A stretch of DNA of 64,000 nucleotides from a virus (taxonomy: Duplodnaviria; Heunggongvirae; Uroviricota; Caudoviricetes): the IMG/VR virus record IMGVR_UViG_3300047552_001889, positions 64,001 through 128,000 of that record; one strand, written 5' to 3'. Positions 45,810-54,229 of the stretch are shown piece by piece. The translations under genes and the position numbers were made by a program. How positions within the stretch are numbered: position 1 is the stretch's first letter; the number at the start of each line of letters is the position of its first letter. The notes below the pieces were generated by a model. It searched no databases. It was not told where the DNA came from and saw nothing but the letters and a program-made list of their open reading frames with translations.

Positions 45810-46111
45810 TGGAAGTATTGAAGACTTTTGTATTCTCCAATGAAGAATATAAGGACACAATTCTAAAAAAGGTAATTTGTAACTATGATTTTGAAAAGCA
45901 GGAATACACAAGAGACAGTGTTCCATACAGCGAAAACGAATGGCCTCTGTTCCACAAAATTATAGTTTACGTTGGAGAAAATAGAATAAGAATCGAGAGA
46001 CCATATTCCAAGACTGGAAACAAGATGGGTTCTACCATTTATCCATCAACATTAATAGATGTTCCAGAAATTGCGATGGATGAGGTTAAGGATTTTCTAA
46101 ATTTAAAATAA
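45809..46111 (+). CDS. hypothetical protein
   Basis: Packed ORF. Confidence 0.75.
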   Translation: MEVLKTFVFSNEEYKDTILKKVICNYDFEKQEYTRDSVPYSENEWPLFHKIIVYVGENRIRIERPYSKTGNKMGSTIYPSTLIDVPEIAMDEVKDFLNLK

Positions 46112-46115
46112 TAAG

Positions 46116-46142
46116 AAAGGAGTCGATTAGACTCCTTTTTTT
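46116..46142 (+). terminator. intrinsic terminator
   Basis: AAAGGAGTC-gatta-GACTCCTTT + T run. Confidence 0.8.
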
Positions 46143-46170
46143 GTAACATACCTATATATTTTGCGTATAA
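46142..46170 (+). promoter_or_regulatory. ECF-type promoter TGTAAC-N16-CGTATAA
   Basis: Exact motif abutting terminator. Confidence 0.8.
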
Positions 46171-46190
46171 CATGAGTAAAAATCAAAGTA

Positions 46191-46985
46191 ATGAAAACAC
46201 AAAGTGAAGTTGATTGTCAGAAACTGTTTGCAGAGAAATATGGAATTGACTCTATGGGCTTTTCTGAATTGTGGGACCTTCACTTCAAACATGAAGTTAA
46301 TAGACCTTTTGAAGATGAGTTGCGCAAAGTAATTAACAAACTATTACCAAATGAGAATCAACAAGAAGTATATGGCATTTTGTTGAATTACTATGAGGAC
46401 GCTAAAAGACGAAGACGCTTCTATCAAAGAGGAAATCCACATGGCTATGGTTACGAAGTAATTGACCGAAACGAAGGTAAGCCAATTCTTAAGCTTCATA
46501 CATACGATAGTCAAAAAGCTAAAGATTATTGGGAAGCGCTAAGAGCTGATGAAAACGCAGTTGTTCCAGACACTTCTGAAGAAACTCCTCCAAGAAGAGC
46601 ATTGGTAATTAATGGAAAACATGGTTCATGTTATTTTAGTGTTGACACTCAAGAGGAATTTATAAAAAAATCTGTTGATTTCATTAGGGAAAATTTTTCT
46701 GATGTTTATCGTCCCTCTGAAAAAAAGGATAAAGATTACCTAGGCTTAACCAATGAAGAGATAAAATCATTACCAGAAGGAAAAGTCAAAGAGGCAGCTC
46801 TTGAAGAACTTAGAAAATTTAAAGAAAGAAATAAGTATGACTTGCTTCACAAAGAATCATGCGAGCTCTTGGACGAAATAAAGTCTAAGGGTTACAATAG
46901 TAAAATTTCAGATATTATTGACGTTCTTAATTTCTATCAAGGTGATAGATATGAAGGTAATTGGGATATTGTAGACTTGAGGTAG
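46191..46985 (+). CDS. hypothetical protein
   Basis: Long ORF after promoter. Confidence 0.8.
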   Translation: MKTQSEVDCQKLFAEKYGIDSMGFSELWDLHFKHEVNRPFEDELRKVINKLLPNENQQEVYGILLNYYEDAKRRRRFYQRGNPHGYGYEVIDRNEGKPILKLHTYDSQKAKDYWEALRADENAVVPDTSEETPPRRALVINGKHGSCYFSVDTQEEFIKKSVDFIRENFSDVYRPSEKKDKDYLGLTNEEIKSLPEGKVKEAALEELRKFKERNKYDLLHKESCELLDEIKSKGYNSKISDIIDVLNFYQGDRYEGNWDIVDLR

Positions 46986-46996
46986 CAAAACTAAAA

Positions 46997-47032
46997 ACAA
47001 TGAAAAATAATAAACAATGAAAAATAATAAAC
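46997..47032 (+). repeat. 17-bp tandem duplication over a start codon
   Basis: ACAATGAAAAATAATAA x2. Confidence 0.85.
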
Positions 47033-47496
47033 TAGGCATATTCGACAAAAAATCAGACCTCATGAAGGAGCTTGATGAATTCATGAAGCGTGCTGAGGCT
47101 ATTCAGAAACTTCCTCAGTACCAAGAATATCTTGAGTACAAGAAGGAGGTTGAACTATTCTCTGAATTCATTGAAAAGAAGAGAAAAGAAAAGACAAGAG
47201 AAATCATCGAAGAGCTCATTCAGGGCAGACGGGATGATAAAATCAAGGAGTGGATAGAGCGCATCAAGAAGCTTGAGAAGAGACTTAGTGACTCCGCCTG
47301 GAAGAAACACATTTCTTTCTGCTCCAGCAATGTCATGGACCATGTTTGGGAAGTCATCAAGGAAATGGGTGAGCCTACAGAGGTTGAAGATATGTTTGGA
47401 GGCGAAGCATACAAGATTGGCAAATTCACCGTAGAGACTTATTCTGGTCAAGGTGAGTACGGATATGCGATTTATGTTCAGCATAGAATTTTTTAA
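47017..47496 (+). CDS. hypothetical protein
   Basis: Packed ORF. Confidence 0.8.
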   Translation: MKNNKLGIFDKKSDLMKELDEFMKRAEAIQKLPQYQEYLEYKKEVELFSEFIEKKRKEKTREIIEELIQGRRDDKIKEWIERIKKLEKRLSDSAWKKHISFCSSNVMDHVWEVIKEMGEPTEVEDMFGGEAYKIGKFTVETYSGQGEYGYAIYVQHRIF

Positions 47497-47504
47497 CACC
47501 AACT

Positions 47505-47536
47505 TTTGCTTACTTAATTATTTTGTTGTAACTTTG
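47505..47536 (+). promoter_or_regulatory. Bacteroidota sigmaA-type promoter TTTG-N20-TAACTTTG
   Basis: Consensus match upstream of ATG 47554. Confidence 0.7.
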
Positions 47537-47553
47537 CTTCAAAGTAAAAAGAT

Positions 47554-48030
47554 ATGATTGGAGTTTTAATGTTTCTGTTCTTGACTTATATTATTACGTT
47601 TGTAATAGCTAATTTTTTGACCTTAAGTTCTAGCCCACTTAAAATATCTTCATTAAGAATTCTGAAGCTAACGCTTAATAATGGGAATATAATATACAGA
47701 ATACAACAAAGACTTCCACTATCTCCTATTTGGTTGGATTGTAGCCAAATGATTGGTATGGATTACTATGTTCCCTTAGATTTTAATACAAAGCAAGAAG
47801 CTCAGGAATATCTATCAAGAATTAATAGAGGTTGGGAAGATGACAAGGGTAACTCTATTAAGAAGACCGAGGTTGTTAAGATTGATAGTAATTACCAGGA
47901 GCCTAACGACCCCTCAAAATGTCCACATGAGCTTGTATCTACAGAGTATGGTAGTCAATCATATGGACACTGTATTGAATGTGATTCTACAGTAATTAAG
48001 AACGAAGAAGGAAATTGGAAAACACCATAA
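47554..48030 (+). CDS. membrane-anchored protein with C-terminal Zn ribbon
   Basis: N-terminal TM; CPH...CIEC. Confidence 0.75.
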   Translation: MIGVLMFLFLTYIITFVIANFLTLSSSPLKISSLRILKLTLNNGNIIYRIQQRLPLSPIWLDCSQMIGMDYYVPLDFNTKQEAQEYLSRINRGWEDDKGNSIKKTEVVKIDSNYQEPNDPSKCPHELVSTEYGSQSYGHCIECDSTVIKNEEGNWKTP

Positions 48031-48040
48031 AACAATAAGC

Positions 48041-48409
48041 ATGGAGTCAATATACGTACATGGAATAACAAAAATTTCAAAGTTCCCAAAAATTGAAGAT
48101 TGGGACGTTAATTTTAAAATAGTTTCTAACTTTAAAAAGAAAGTCGGCAGAAGGTACCTATTCTTTCCAGTATACGAAGACTTAGGAGAGTCAGTTGTAA
48201 CTTGGTGGACTGAAAATTTTGTCTCAACAACAAAAGAATTTAAGCACAGTAAACTCTTCATAGAAGATGGTAAGTTCTACCATAAGCCACACATTTCAAT
48301 CTACATGAATAATAAGTCTAGGAAGGACATTTACTTCAACTCAATAGAGGAAATGGATGCGAAATATAGAGAGTTAAGAAACCTGGCACCAAATGTAAAT
48401 TTTGATTAA
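48041..48409 (+). CDS. hypothetical protein
   Basis: Packed ORF. Confidence 0.75.
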   Translation: MESIYVHGITKISKFPKIEDWDVNFKIVSNFKKKVGRRYLFFPVYEDLGESVVTWWTENFVSTTKEFKHSKLFIEDGKFYHKPHISIYMNNKSRKDIYFNSIEEMDAKYRELRNLAPNVNFD

Positions 48410-48415
48410 ATCAAT

Positions 48416-48604
48416 ATGAAAAAATTTTTATTAATACCAATCCTATTTGCTGCTACGTCTTGCGGTTCAAATGCAAATGACGTTTCCATAGAGGAAATTA
48501 AGGCTAACAAGGAAGTTGAAATTGAGAAGGAGGAAACCAAGCAAATGCAGGTTCAGCTAAAAATCGAACAGGAAAAGTCAAAACAACTTAAAAATAAGAA
48601 GTAA
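48416..48604 (+). CDS. small predicted lipoprotein
   Basis: MKK + hydrophobic core + lipobox-like AATSC, then coiled coil. Confidence 0.65.
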   Translation: MKKFLLIPILFAATSCGSNANDVSIEEIKANKEVEIEKEETKQMQVQLKIEQEKSKQLKNKK

Positions 48605-49824
48605 TGCTAGATTTCATCAAGAATAACACCATTTTCTTTAACAAGTACAAGACGAATAGCGAAGCTATCATTATCTCTTGTTTCTTCAATCCACAGGGTT
48701 CTGAATACAGAACCAAGGCATTTAACCACTTCTATGAGAGCATCAAACATCTTCCACATAGAATTATTGAGTGTGTAATCGGAGATGCAGAGCCAGAGCT
48801 TCCAGAGAATGAAAACATCAAGAGAGTCTATACAAAGAGCTTACTTTGGCATAAGGAGTCACTATTGAATAACATCATCCGAGAATTGCCTGAGCAGTAT
48901 AAGTACATCTTCTGGGTGGATGCGGATGTTATCTTTACAAACAAGAACTGGCTTGTTGAAGGAGTTAGACAGCTTAATAAAAATAAGATTATTCAGCCAT
49001 TCGAATATTGTGTTCACCTAGAGCAAGATGAGCTTGAGCCATCTTTCAGTCTTGATGAGGTGATATACACCAACGAGCTTACTCCAAACGATATAAATAG
49101 CAAGGTGTGGAGAAGTTTCTGTGCTAACTACTCAGACTCATCACTTTGGGAAAGTAATGTTTATAATGACCACGGACACGTTGGCTTCGCATGGGGTGCT
49201 AGAAGAGAAGTTCTTGAGGAAGTTCCTCTATATGATAAAGCTCTTGTGGGTGGTGCCGACCATATCATTGCTCACGCAGCAGCTGGACAGATTGGTCATA
49301 ATTGCATCATGAAATCGTTCACTGATGACATAGACTCAATCAATGAGTGGAGCAAGAGATTCTATGAGGTTGTCAATGGTGAAATTGGATACGTTGAAGG
49401 TGAACTATTCCATATCTGGCATGGAGACATTAAGAAGCGAGAATACCTGAAGAGAGTTCAGGAGTTTACTGGAAAGTCAAAGACCATAGTTGAAAAGGAT
49501 GAGCATGGACTATACGTTGCAAAAAACGATGAGGATGTATATGTTAAGGATTACTTCAGAAATCGTGAAATCAGCAAGGATGATGGATTTTTAGAATCTG
49601 TTGTTGCTGGATACTTGACAGATGATGCTCTTCTCGGAACAGTGATTGGAGGAAACCCAGCTGGAGCAATTATCGGAGATATGCTAAATGATTCTGACGA
49701 GAAATCTCACGATGTAGAATTTGGCGGAGGTGAGTTCGGTGGAGCAGGAGCAGGAGCTTCTTGGGAAGTATCTAGCGATTCTGACTCTACATCTGTTGAT
49801 AGTGACTTGAGTCCTTTTTCATAA
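48604..49824 (+). CDS. GT-A fold glycosyltransferase-like protein with Gly-rich acidic tail
   Basis: WHKESLLN, WVDADVIF (DxD), GFAWGARRE, HIWHG; tail FGGGEFGGAGAG. Confidence 0.65.
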   Translation: MLDFIKNNTIFFNKYKTNSEAIIISCFFNPQGSEYRTKAFNHFYESIKHLPHRIIECVIGDAEPELPENENIKRVYTKSLLWHKESLLNNIIRELPEQYKYIFWVDADVIFTNKNWLVEGVRQLNKNKIIQPFEYCVHLEQDELEPSFSLDEVIYTNELTPNDINSKVWRSFCANYSDSSLWESNVYNDHGHVGFAWGARREVLEEVPLYDKALVGGADHIIAHAAAGQIGHNCIMKSFTDDIDSINEWSKRFYEVVNGEIGYVEGELFHIWHGDIKKREYLKRVQEFTGKSKTIVEKDEHGLYVAKNDEDVYVKDYFRNREISKDDGFLESVVAGYLTDDALLGTVIGGNPAGAIIGDMLNDSDEKSHDVEFGGGEFGGAGAGASWEVSSDSDSTSVDSDLSPFS

Positions 49825-49835
49825 GTTTAACAAAT

Positions 49836-50075
49836 ATGTTTTGTAAATTTAAAAAAGAAGATATTAATCTTAAAATAATAAAAAACCCCTTAATGATTGG
49901 CCCAAATAAGTGGTGGTATGTTATAGAAGATGAAAATGGATATATCATTGACAAGCAATGTACGTCCAGGCAGTATTTTAAGATTTACAAGCATAAGACT
50001 GGAGATAATTCCTTAAAATTTGATGAATTTTTAGCAAAAGCTAAGTCTGGAGAAATAGATTTGAAACAAATATAG
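49836..50075 (+). CDS. hypothetical protein
   Basis: Packed ORF. Confidence 0.7.
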   Translation: MFCKFKKEDINLKIIKNPLMIGPNKWWYVIEDENGYIIDKQCTSRQYFKIYKHKTGDNSLKFDEFLAKAKSGEIDLKQI

Positions 50076-50090
50076 TTTTTCATCGTATAA
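50062..50090 (+). promoter_or_regulatory. ECF-type promoter TGAAAC-N16-CGTATAA
   Basis: Exact motif. Confidence 0.8.
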
Positions 50091-50112
50091 TAAAGAAAAA
50101 GTCATTAAAGAG

Positions 50113-50544
50113 ATGGATACATATTTAATTCAAAGAGGTAAGTTTAACGACAGAGACTTTAAGAAGGGGATTGACTCAATAGTCCAATTTGATTACATGG
50201 GAAGCACTGAATATGAATCGGATGCGCTTCCTGGCTCTCTTGATAGAATCAGAAAAGATATTTCATTCTACACATACATTGATGTTCCAATTCAAGGAAA
50301 GGTTATAACAGTATTCTGCAAGGATTCTCAGAAGACAGAGGTTAAGTTATATCTTGAGAAGATTGCCGCTGGAGAAATGCGAACTAAGGAGTGGCATGCA
50401 TTCGATGATTTCATCAAGGGTGATGAATTTTTCTCTAGTAGAGTTAATCATTGGTGGGATATTGAGAATGACCTCATGTTCTGGGAAAAGAATGTTGATT
50501 TTGAAACTAAGTTTAAGTCTATAATCGAGAAAAAGCCTGAGTAA
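50113..50544 (+). CDS. hypothetical protein
   Basis: YLIQRG...FDYMGS.E.E motif. Confidence 0.8.
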   Translation: MDTYLIQRGKFNDRDFKKGIDSIVQFDYMGSTEYESDALPGSLDRIRKDISFYTYIDVPIQGKVITVFCKDSQKTEVKLYLEKIAAGEMRTKEWHAFDDFIKGDEFFSSRVNHWWDIENDLMFWEKNVDFETKFKSIIEKKPE

Positions 50545-50963
50545 TGGAAGCGCAATTATGTAAAAAAGTTGCCTTTTCAGATGAGAAGCAGGCTCTATTC
50601 TATGTTGATAAGCTTAAGAAGACGAGTGACAGACCAGTTGTTCCACAGAGAGCATATCTTTGTCAAAAGTGCAATAACTGGCATTTGACCAGCAAGCAAG
50701 AGAATAAGACTTATACTGCAATACTAGCTGAGAATGAACTACTTAAGAAGCAGCTTGCCGATAAGGAAAGGATTATTAGTGAGATTAAGGGTTATAATGC
50801 TGCAAAGGGTGCCTTGGATAAGGATGCTCTAATCAAGCAAAAGAATGACAAGCTTGTTGAGCAAAACAACAAGATTAGCAAGTTGGAGTCAAAGCTAAAG
50901 AAGAAAGACAAGGCTATGAAAGCTATGGCCAAGATTATACTGGACTCAATGGATTCAAAGTAA
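50544..50963 (+). CDS. Zn-ribbon plus coiled-coil protein
   Basis: CKK...RAYLCQKCNNWHLTS. Confidence 0.75.
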   Translation: MEAQLCKKVAFSDEKQALFYVDKLKKTSDRPVVPQRAYLCQKCNNWHLTSKQENKTYTAILAENELLKKQLADKERIISEIKGYNAAKGALDKDALIKQKNDKLVEQNNKISKLESKLKKKDKAMKAMAKIILDSMDSK

Positions 50964-51322
50964 TGAAAAAATTAATTGAAATAACAGATGAAGATGCTCA
51001 GAAAGTGGTTGATACAATCCATCTTCTTACTCAAAACTCCATTATAGGACGCTTTGGAATTCATGAATTATCATTTGAAGATTCATTTAGAAAATATGGC
51101 GATGCATATATTGATTTTGAGTGCGCAAGCATTGATAATGTGAGTGATGGCTATTTTTCTACCTTTTCTAAGTTTAGAATTAGATTTCGCCATCAATCAG
51201 TTTGGTTTGAAGAAATGTCAATGAATGGCGAACCATCAACATACAACAAAAACCACTTCTTTGGATACCTTAAACTTCAAGAACTTGGATATGAATTACC
51301 AAAAAAACCTCAATGGACATGA
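50963..51322 (+). CDS. hypothetical protein
   Basis: Packed ORF. Confidence 0.75.
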   Translation: MKKLIEITDEDAQKVVDTIHLLTQNSIIGRFGIHELSFEDSFRKYGDAYIDFECASIDNVSDGYFSTFSKFRIRFRHQSVWFEEMSMNGEPSTYNKNHFFGYLKLQELGYELPKKPQWT

Positions 51323-51924
51323 TATATATTGAAAAAATAAAAATACAAGATAAACAGGACTATCCTGGCTCAGAAGTCTTAAAAAAAGGATTTGAAATTG
51401 AGTGCAGCGATGTTAATTTGTTTGTCGGAAATCAGGGTTGTGGTAAAAGTACGATGTTAACTTTGCTTCAAAAAAATCATCCAGGACTTGAAATAATCAT
51501 TTCAGAATATACAAAAAAGAATGGTGTTAATTCATTCTTCTTTAACTCTGAGCTTGATAACCCAAGAGTAAAAGACCCTGAGATGTTCACTACTCCAGGT
51601 GGAGAAAGTATTGGAATTGGAATCGGTGGTGCTCTTGCTAGTAGGTTTATGTCTCATGGAGAGGTGTTGGAATCATTCGTTATTAACCCTCTGAGAGAAG
51701 CTAAGAATTGCGTAATTATTTTAGACGAGCCAGAGTCTGGCTTATCAATCACAAACCAATTCAGATTAATACAAGCCATTAAGGAGTCTGTAAAAAACGG
51801 TTGTCAAGTATTTATCGCAACACATTGCTATCCACTTATTCAGGAGTTTGATGTAATTTCTCTTGAACACTATGAGAAAATGAGTGGAGCAGAATTTATC
51901 CAAAAAACCTTTGTTCAAGATTAA
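51313..51924 (+). CDS. ABC/AAA_21-type ATPase
   Basis: GNQGCGKS, SHGE signature, ILDEPESGLS, ATH. Confidence 0.9.
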   Translation: MDMIYIEKIKIQDKQDYPGSEVLKKGFEIECSDVNLFVGNQGCGKSTMLTLLQKNHPGLEIIISEYTKKNGVNSFFFNSELDNPRVKDPEMFTTPGGESIGIGIGGALASRFMSHGEVLESFVINPLREAKNCVIILDEPESGLSITNQFRLIQAIKESVKNGCQVFIATHCYPLIQEFDVISLEHYEKMSGAEFIQKTFVQD

Positions 51925-52103
51925 TGGATTGGATTTTATTCATATTTCAAAAGGGTAATAAGCATTATCTTGTTCCAGCTGGCTCTCAAGATGAAGCTTG
52001 GAATTTACTTTCTAGGAGACAGAGTATGTCTCTTGAAAGATGCAAGAAGGAATATTCATTCGTTTGCTTTATGAATGAGAATAGTAGCATTGTAAAGTTG
52101 TAA
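51924..52103 (+). CDS. small hypothetical protein (59 aa)
   Basis: Own translation; TAATG overlap with upstream stop. Confidence 0.6.
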   Translation: MDWILFIFQKGNKHYLVPAGSQDEAWNLLSRRQSMSLERCKKEYSFVCFMNENSSIVKL

Positions 52104-52104
52104 C

Positions 52105-52398
52105 ATGGCGTTCATAATTTCTATTTTTTTATTGTGGTTGGTATTCAGCTTTATGGTTGATATGGAATCGGAAGAACATGTTCATTCTGGACCAACAACT
52201 TTATCGACAAATGTTTTGGTAATTCCTAGTTTAAATGGGGTCAAGTGTGAAAAATGTGGAAATGATGATATAAACCCTTATAGAGATTTAGACTCATACA
52301 CATTTGATATTATTTGTAACAGTTGCAACTCAACTATCTGGGAAAATCCTGAGAGAGAGGAGCGAATGCAGCAAATAAATGATATGCTAGATTCTTGA
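52105..52398 (+). CDS. membrane-anchored Zn-ribbon protein
   Basis: N-terminal TM; CEKC...CNSC. Confidence 0.7.
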   Translation: MAFIISIFLLWLVFSFMVDMESEEHVHSGPTTLSTNVLVIPSLNGVKCEKCGNDDINPYRDLDSYTFDIICNSCNSTIWENPEREERMQQINDMLDS

Positions 52399-52805
52399 TG
52401 AAACATAGATTATTTCATAAAAGGAAAAGGAAAAAGTCAAGATATATCTTCCACCAGGAGGATATAAACAAGATTGTGTTTTCTTTGCCAAAGATGTCAA
52501 TCTTAATAGGAGAATTAGTACCACTTAGAAAATCTGGAAGTGACTTCGTTGGTAGATGTCCATTCTGCAGAGAAATGACGCAAAATGATAGACACTTTAG
52601 GGTATCGGATAGAAAAGGAGTATATAAGTGCTTTGAGTGTGGAGTTGGTGGTTCTGGCTCTATTTCTTTTTTGATGCGCTGGTTCGACTCATCATTTGGA
52701 GATATTATTTTATTTGTTAACAAAAGGTTTTTGAATCTTGACGTAAAGCCTAAAGATACAAGGCGGATGAAGGGGTCTAGTATAGATGATAACTTGCCAT
52801 TCTGA
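52395..52805 (+). CDS. stand-alone CHC2 zinc-finger (primase zinc-binding domain-like) protein
   Basis: LRKSGSDFVGRCPFC...F.V...KGVYKCFECGVGG..ISFLM; no TOPRIM domain. Confidence 0.8.
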   Translation: MMKHRLFHKRKRKKSRYIFHQEDINKIVFSLPKMSILIGELVPLRKSGSDFVGRCPFCREMTQNDRHFRVSDRKGVYKCFECGVGGSGSISFLMRWFDSSFGDIILFVNKRFLNLDVKPKDTRRMKGSSIDDNLPF

Positions 52806-52829
52806 GGTAACGTTGGTAGTCACAAGAAA

Positions 52830-52863
52830 AAAACCAGGTGCCCTCAAAAAACCACCTGGTTTT
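52830..52863 (+). terminator. intrinsic terminator-like hairpin
   Basis: AAAACCAGGTG-12nt-CACCTGGTTTT. Confidence 0.7.
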
Positions 52864-52891
52864 GTAACATAAACTATTTTGTAACGTATAA
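52863..52891 (+). promoter_or_regulatory. ECF-type promoter TGTAAC-N16-CGTATAA
   Basis: Exact motif abutting terminator. Confidence 0.8.
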
Positions 52892-52917
52892 CTATTTAAC
52901 CAATTAATTTGTTACTC

Positions 52918-53820
52918 ATGAGAGTTATAGACAAGGGATATGATAAACTTCTATGGTCGAATTTTGAACTATGTTCTTCGACCTTTCTGGAATTAAAGAC
53001 TCTTGCCAAGAGTTGGTATGGAGACCTTGACCTTAGCAAGTTTGATGACAGATACCTTTATAATGCTGAGAGAGAAAAGAATGAACTTATTACAATGAAG
53101 CAATCTGGTCTAACCAGCAACTACTTTTTCGCATACCGTGACCAAGATGGTAAATATTACCTTATGGACGGATTCAATCGCTTATTTACCGATTACGGAG
53201 ACCTTGGAGACATTGACTTTCCAGTTTACATCAAAGTAATTACTGATGAACTTGAGGACTGGAGATTAATGCACATTATGTTCCGATTGAATATGTGGAA
53301 GCTACAAGGAAGAAGTCAGAATTCATTCAAACCAGATGATTTCTTCGACAGAGGATTCAGACTTTTTATGTTCACAAAGTTTGGTGTTGATATTTGGTCA
53401 AATGCCAACGACAGACATGGTAAATTTAACTTTGAAGAGCGACCAAGAGAACAGGATGACTTCCATGCAATCCATAAGTATTTTAGAAATGAGTACGAGA
53501 GTTGTGCAGATTTCCCTTATAAACTTGGTGAAATGAGCGTTCTATTTAGCAGAGAAAAGATTGTTGATGACCTTAGACAAATCACTAAAATAAACGAATA
53601 CAAAGGGCAATTTAAAAACTTTAGATTCTTCATTGATGGATTCTATATGTTTTTGTCTGGAAGACGTGTTAGAGGTGATATGGGTGACTACAAGTTTGAT
53701 GACTTTTTGAAGATGCTTGAGGATGATGAAAAATTCTTTAAGAAGCTTCAAGGAATGTCTGGTACCGATGTGACTAGACAAAATGTATATAAGTGGTACC
53801 AATCCACTCTGCAAAAGTAA
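52918..53820 (+). CDS. ParB/DUF262-like (DGxxR) protein
   Basis: YYLMDGFNRL then MFRLN resembles DGQQR...F.RLN; start moved to ATG 52918. Confidence 0.5.
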   Translation: MRVIDKGYDKLLWSNFELCSSTFLELKTLAKSWYGDLDLSKFDDRYLYNAEREKNELITMKQSGLTSNYFFAYRDQDGKYYLMDGFNRLFTDYGDLGDIDFPVYIKVITDELEDWRLMHIMFRLNMWKLQGRSQNSFKPDDFFDRGFRLFMFTKFGVDIWSNANDRHGKFNFEERPREQDDFHAIHKYFRNEYESCADFPYKLGEMSVLFSREKIVDDLRQITKINEYKGQFKNFRFFIDGFYMFLSGRRVRGDMGDYKFDDFLKMLEDDEKFFKKLQGMSGTDVTRQNVYKWYQSTLQK

Positions 53821-53834
53821 TTTTTATGTTTATT

Positions 53835-53863
53835 TGTAACATTTTTATATAGTTTACGTATAA
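53835..53863 (+). promoter_or_regulatory. ECF-type promoter TGTAAC-N16-CGTATAA
   Basis: Exact motif preceding GC-rich non-coding segment. Confidence 0.8.
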
Positions 53864-53868
53864 CAAAG

Positions 53869-53993
53869 CTCAAGCAGGTGTTAAGGCGCTCCAGGTGTGT
53901 CAAGACTGCATCCCGAAAGGGTATACAAACCTTGGTCCGATGCTGGAATTATACGTGGCAAGGTGAGAGCAATCCTCATGCTTGCCTTTTTTT
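53869..53993 (+). ncRNA. candidate structured ncRNA or attenuator leader (about 120 nt)
   Basis: GC-rich; TCCAG/CTGGA stem, CCC-GAAA-GGG hairpin, terminal GGCAAG-GTGAG-agcaatc-CTCAT-g-CTTGCC + T7; 5' CAAGCA can pair with TGCTTG. Confidence 0.6.
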
Positions 53994-54023
53994 ATTGAGA
54001 ACAAACAACAATCAACAATAGAG

Positions 54024-54197
54024 ATGATAACAGTTTTTTACGCAGCAGCATGTATATTCTTTTCTTATGTACTCGTGAAGTCTTCTGTAGAGCTATGGAG
54101 AGTTGAGGGCAACTTGCTTGATAAATTATATCTAGTGATTTCTTCTGGTACAGCTCTTGCATTTTCATTCTTTGCACTATTTGAAACATTGTTTTAG
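54024..54197 (+). CDS. small two-TM protein (57 aa)
   Basis: Start moved to ATG 54024. Confidence 0.55.
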   Translation: MITVFYAAACIFFSYVLVKSSVELWRVEGNLLDKLYLVISSGTALAFSFFALFETLF

Positions 54198-54210
54198 AAT
54201 TTTCGTATAA
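54182..54210 (+). promoter_or_regulatory. ECF-type promoter TGAAAC-N16-CGTATAA
   Basis: Exact motif upstream of ATG 54230. Confidence 0.8.
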
Positions 54211-54229
54211 GATATTATAAACCATCATT

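Noticed and set aside
46997-47032. 17-bp tandem duplication as a phase-variation switch
   Set aside because: The second copy restores an intact start and leader, so no effect on the ORF is evident; may be slippage or an assembly artefact.
52804-52825. GAGGTA-N11-CACAA, same spacing as the 27465 repeat unit
   Set aside because: Only 11 matching bases, it overlaps a stop codon and lacks TTACCC/GGTC; could be chance.
53869-53993. tRNA gene
   Set aside because: T-arm-like hairpin only, with a non-canonical loop (AGCAATC). No convincing D arm, anticodon arm, 7-bp acceptor stem or CCA.
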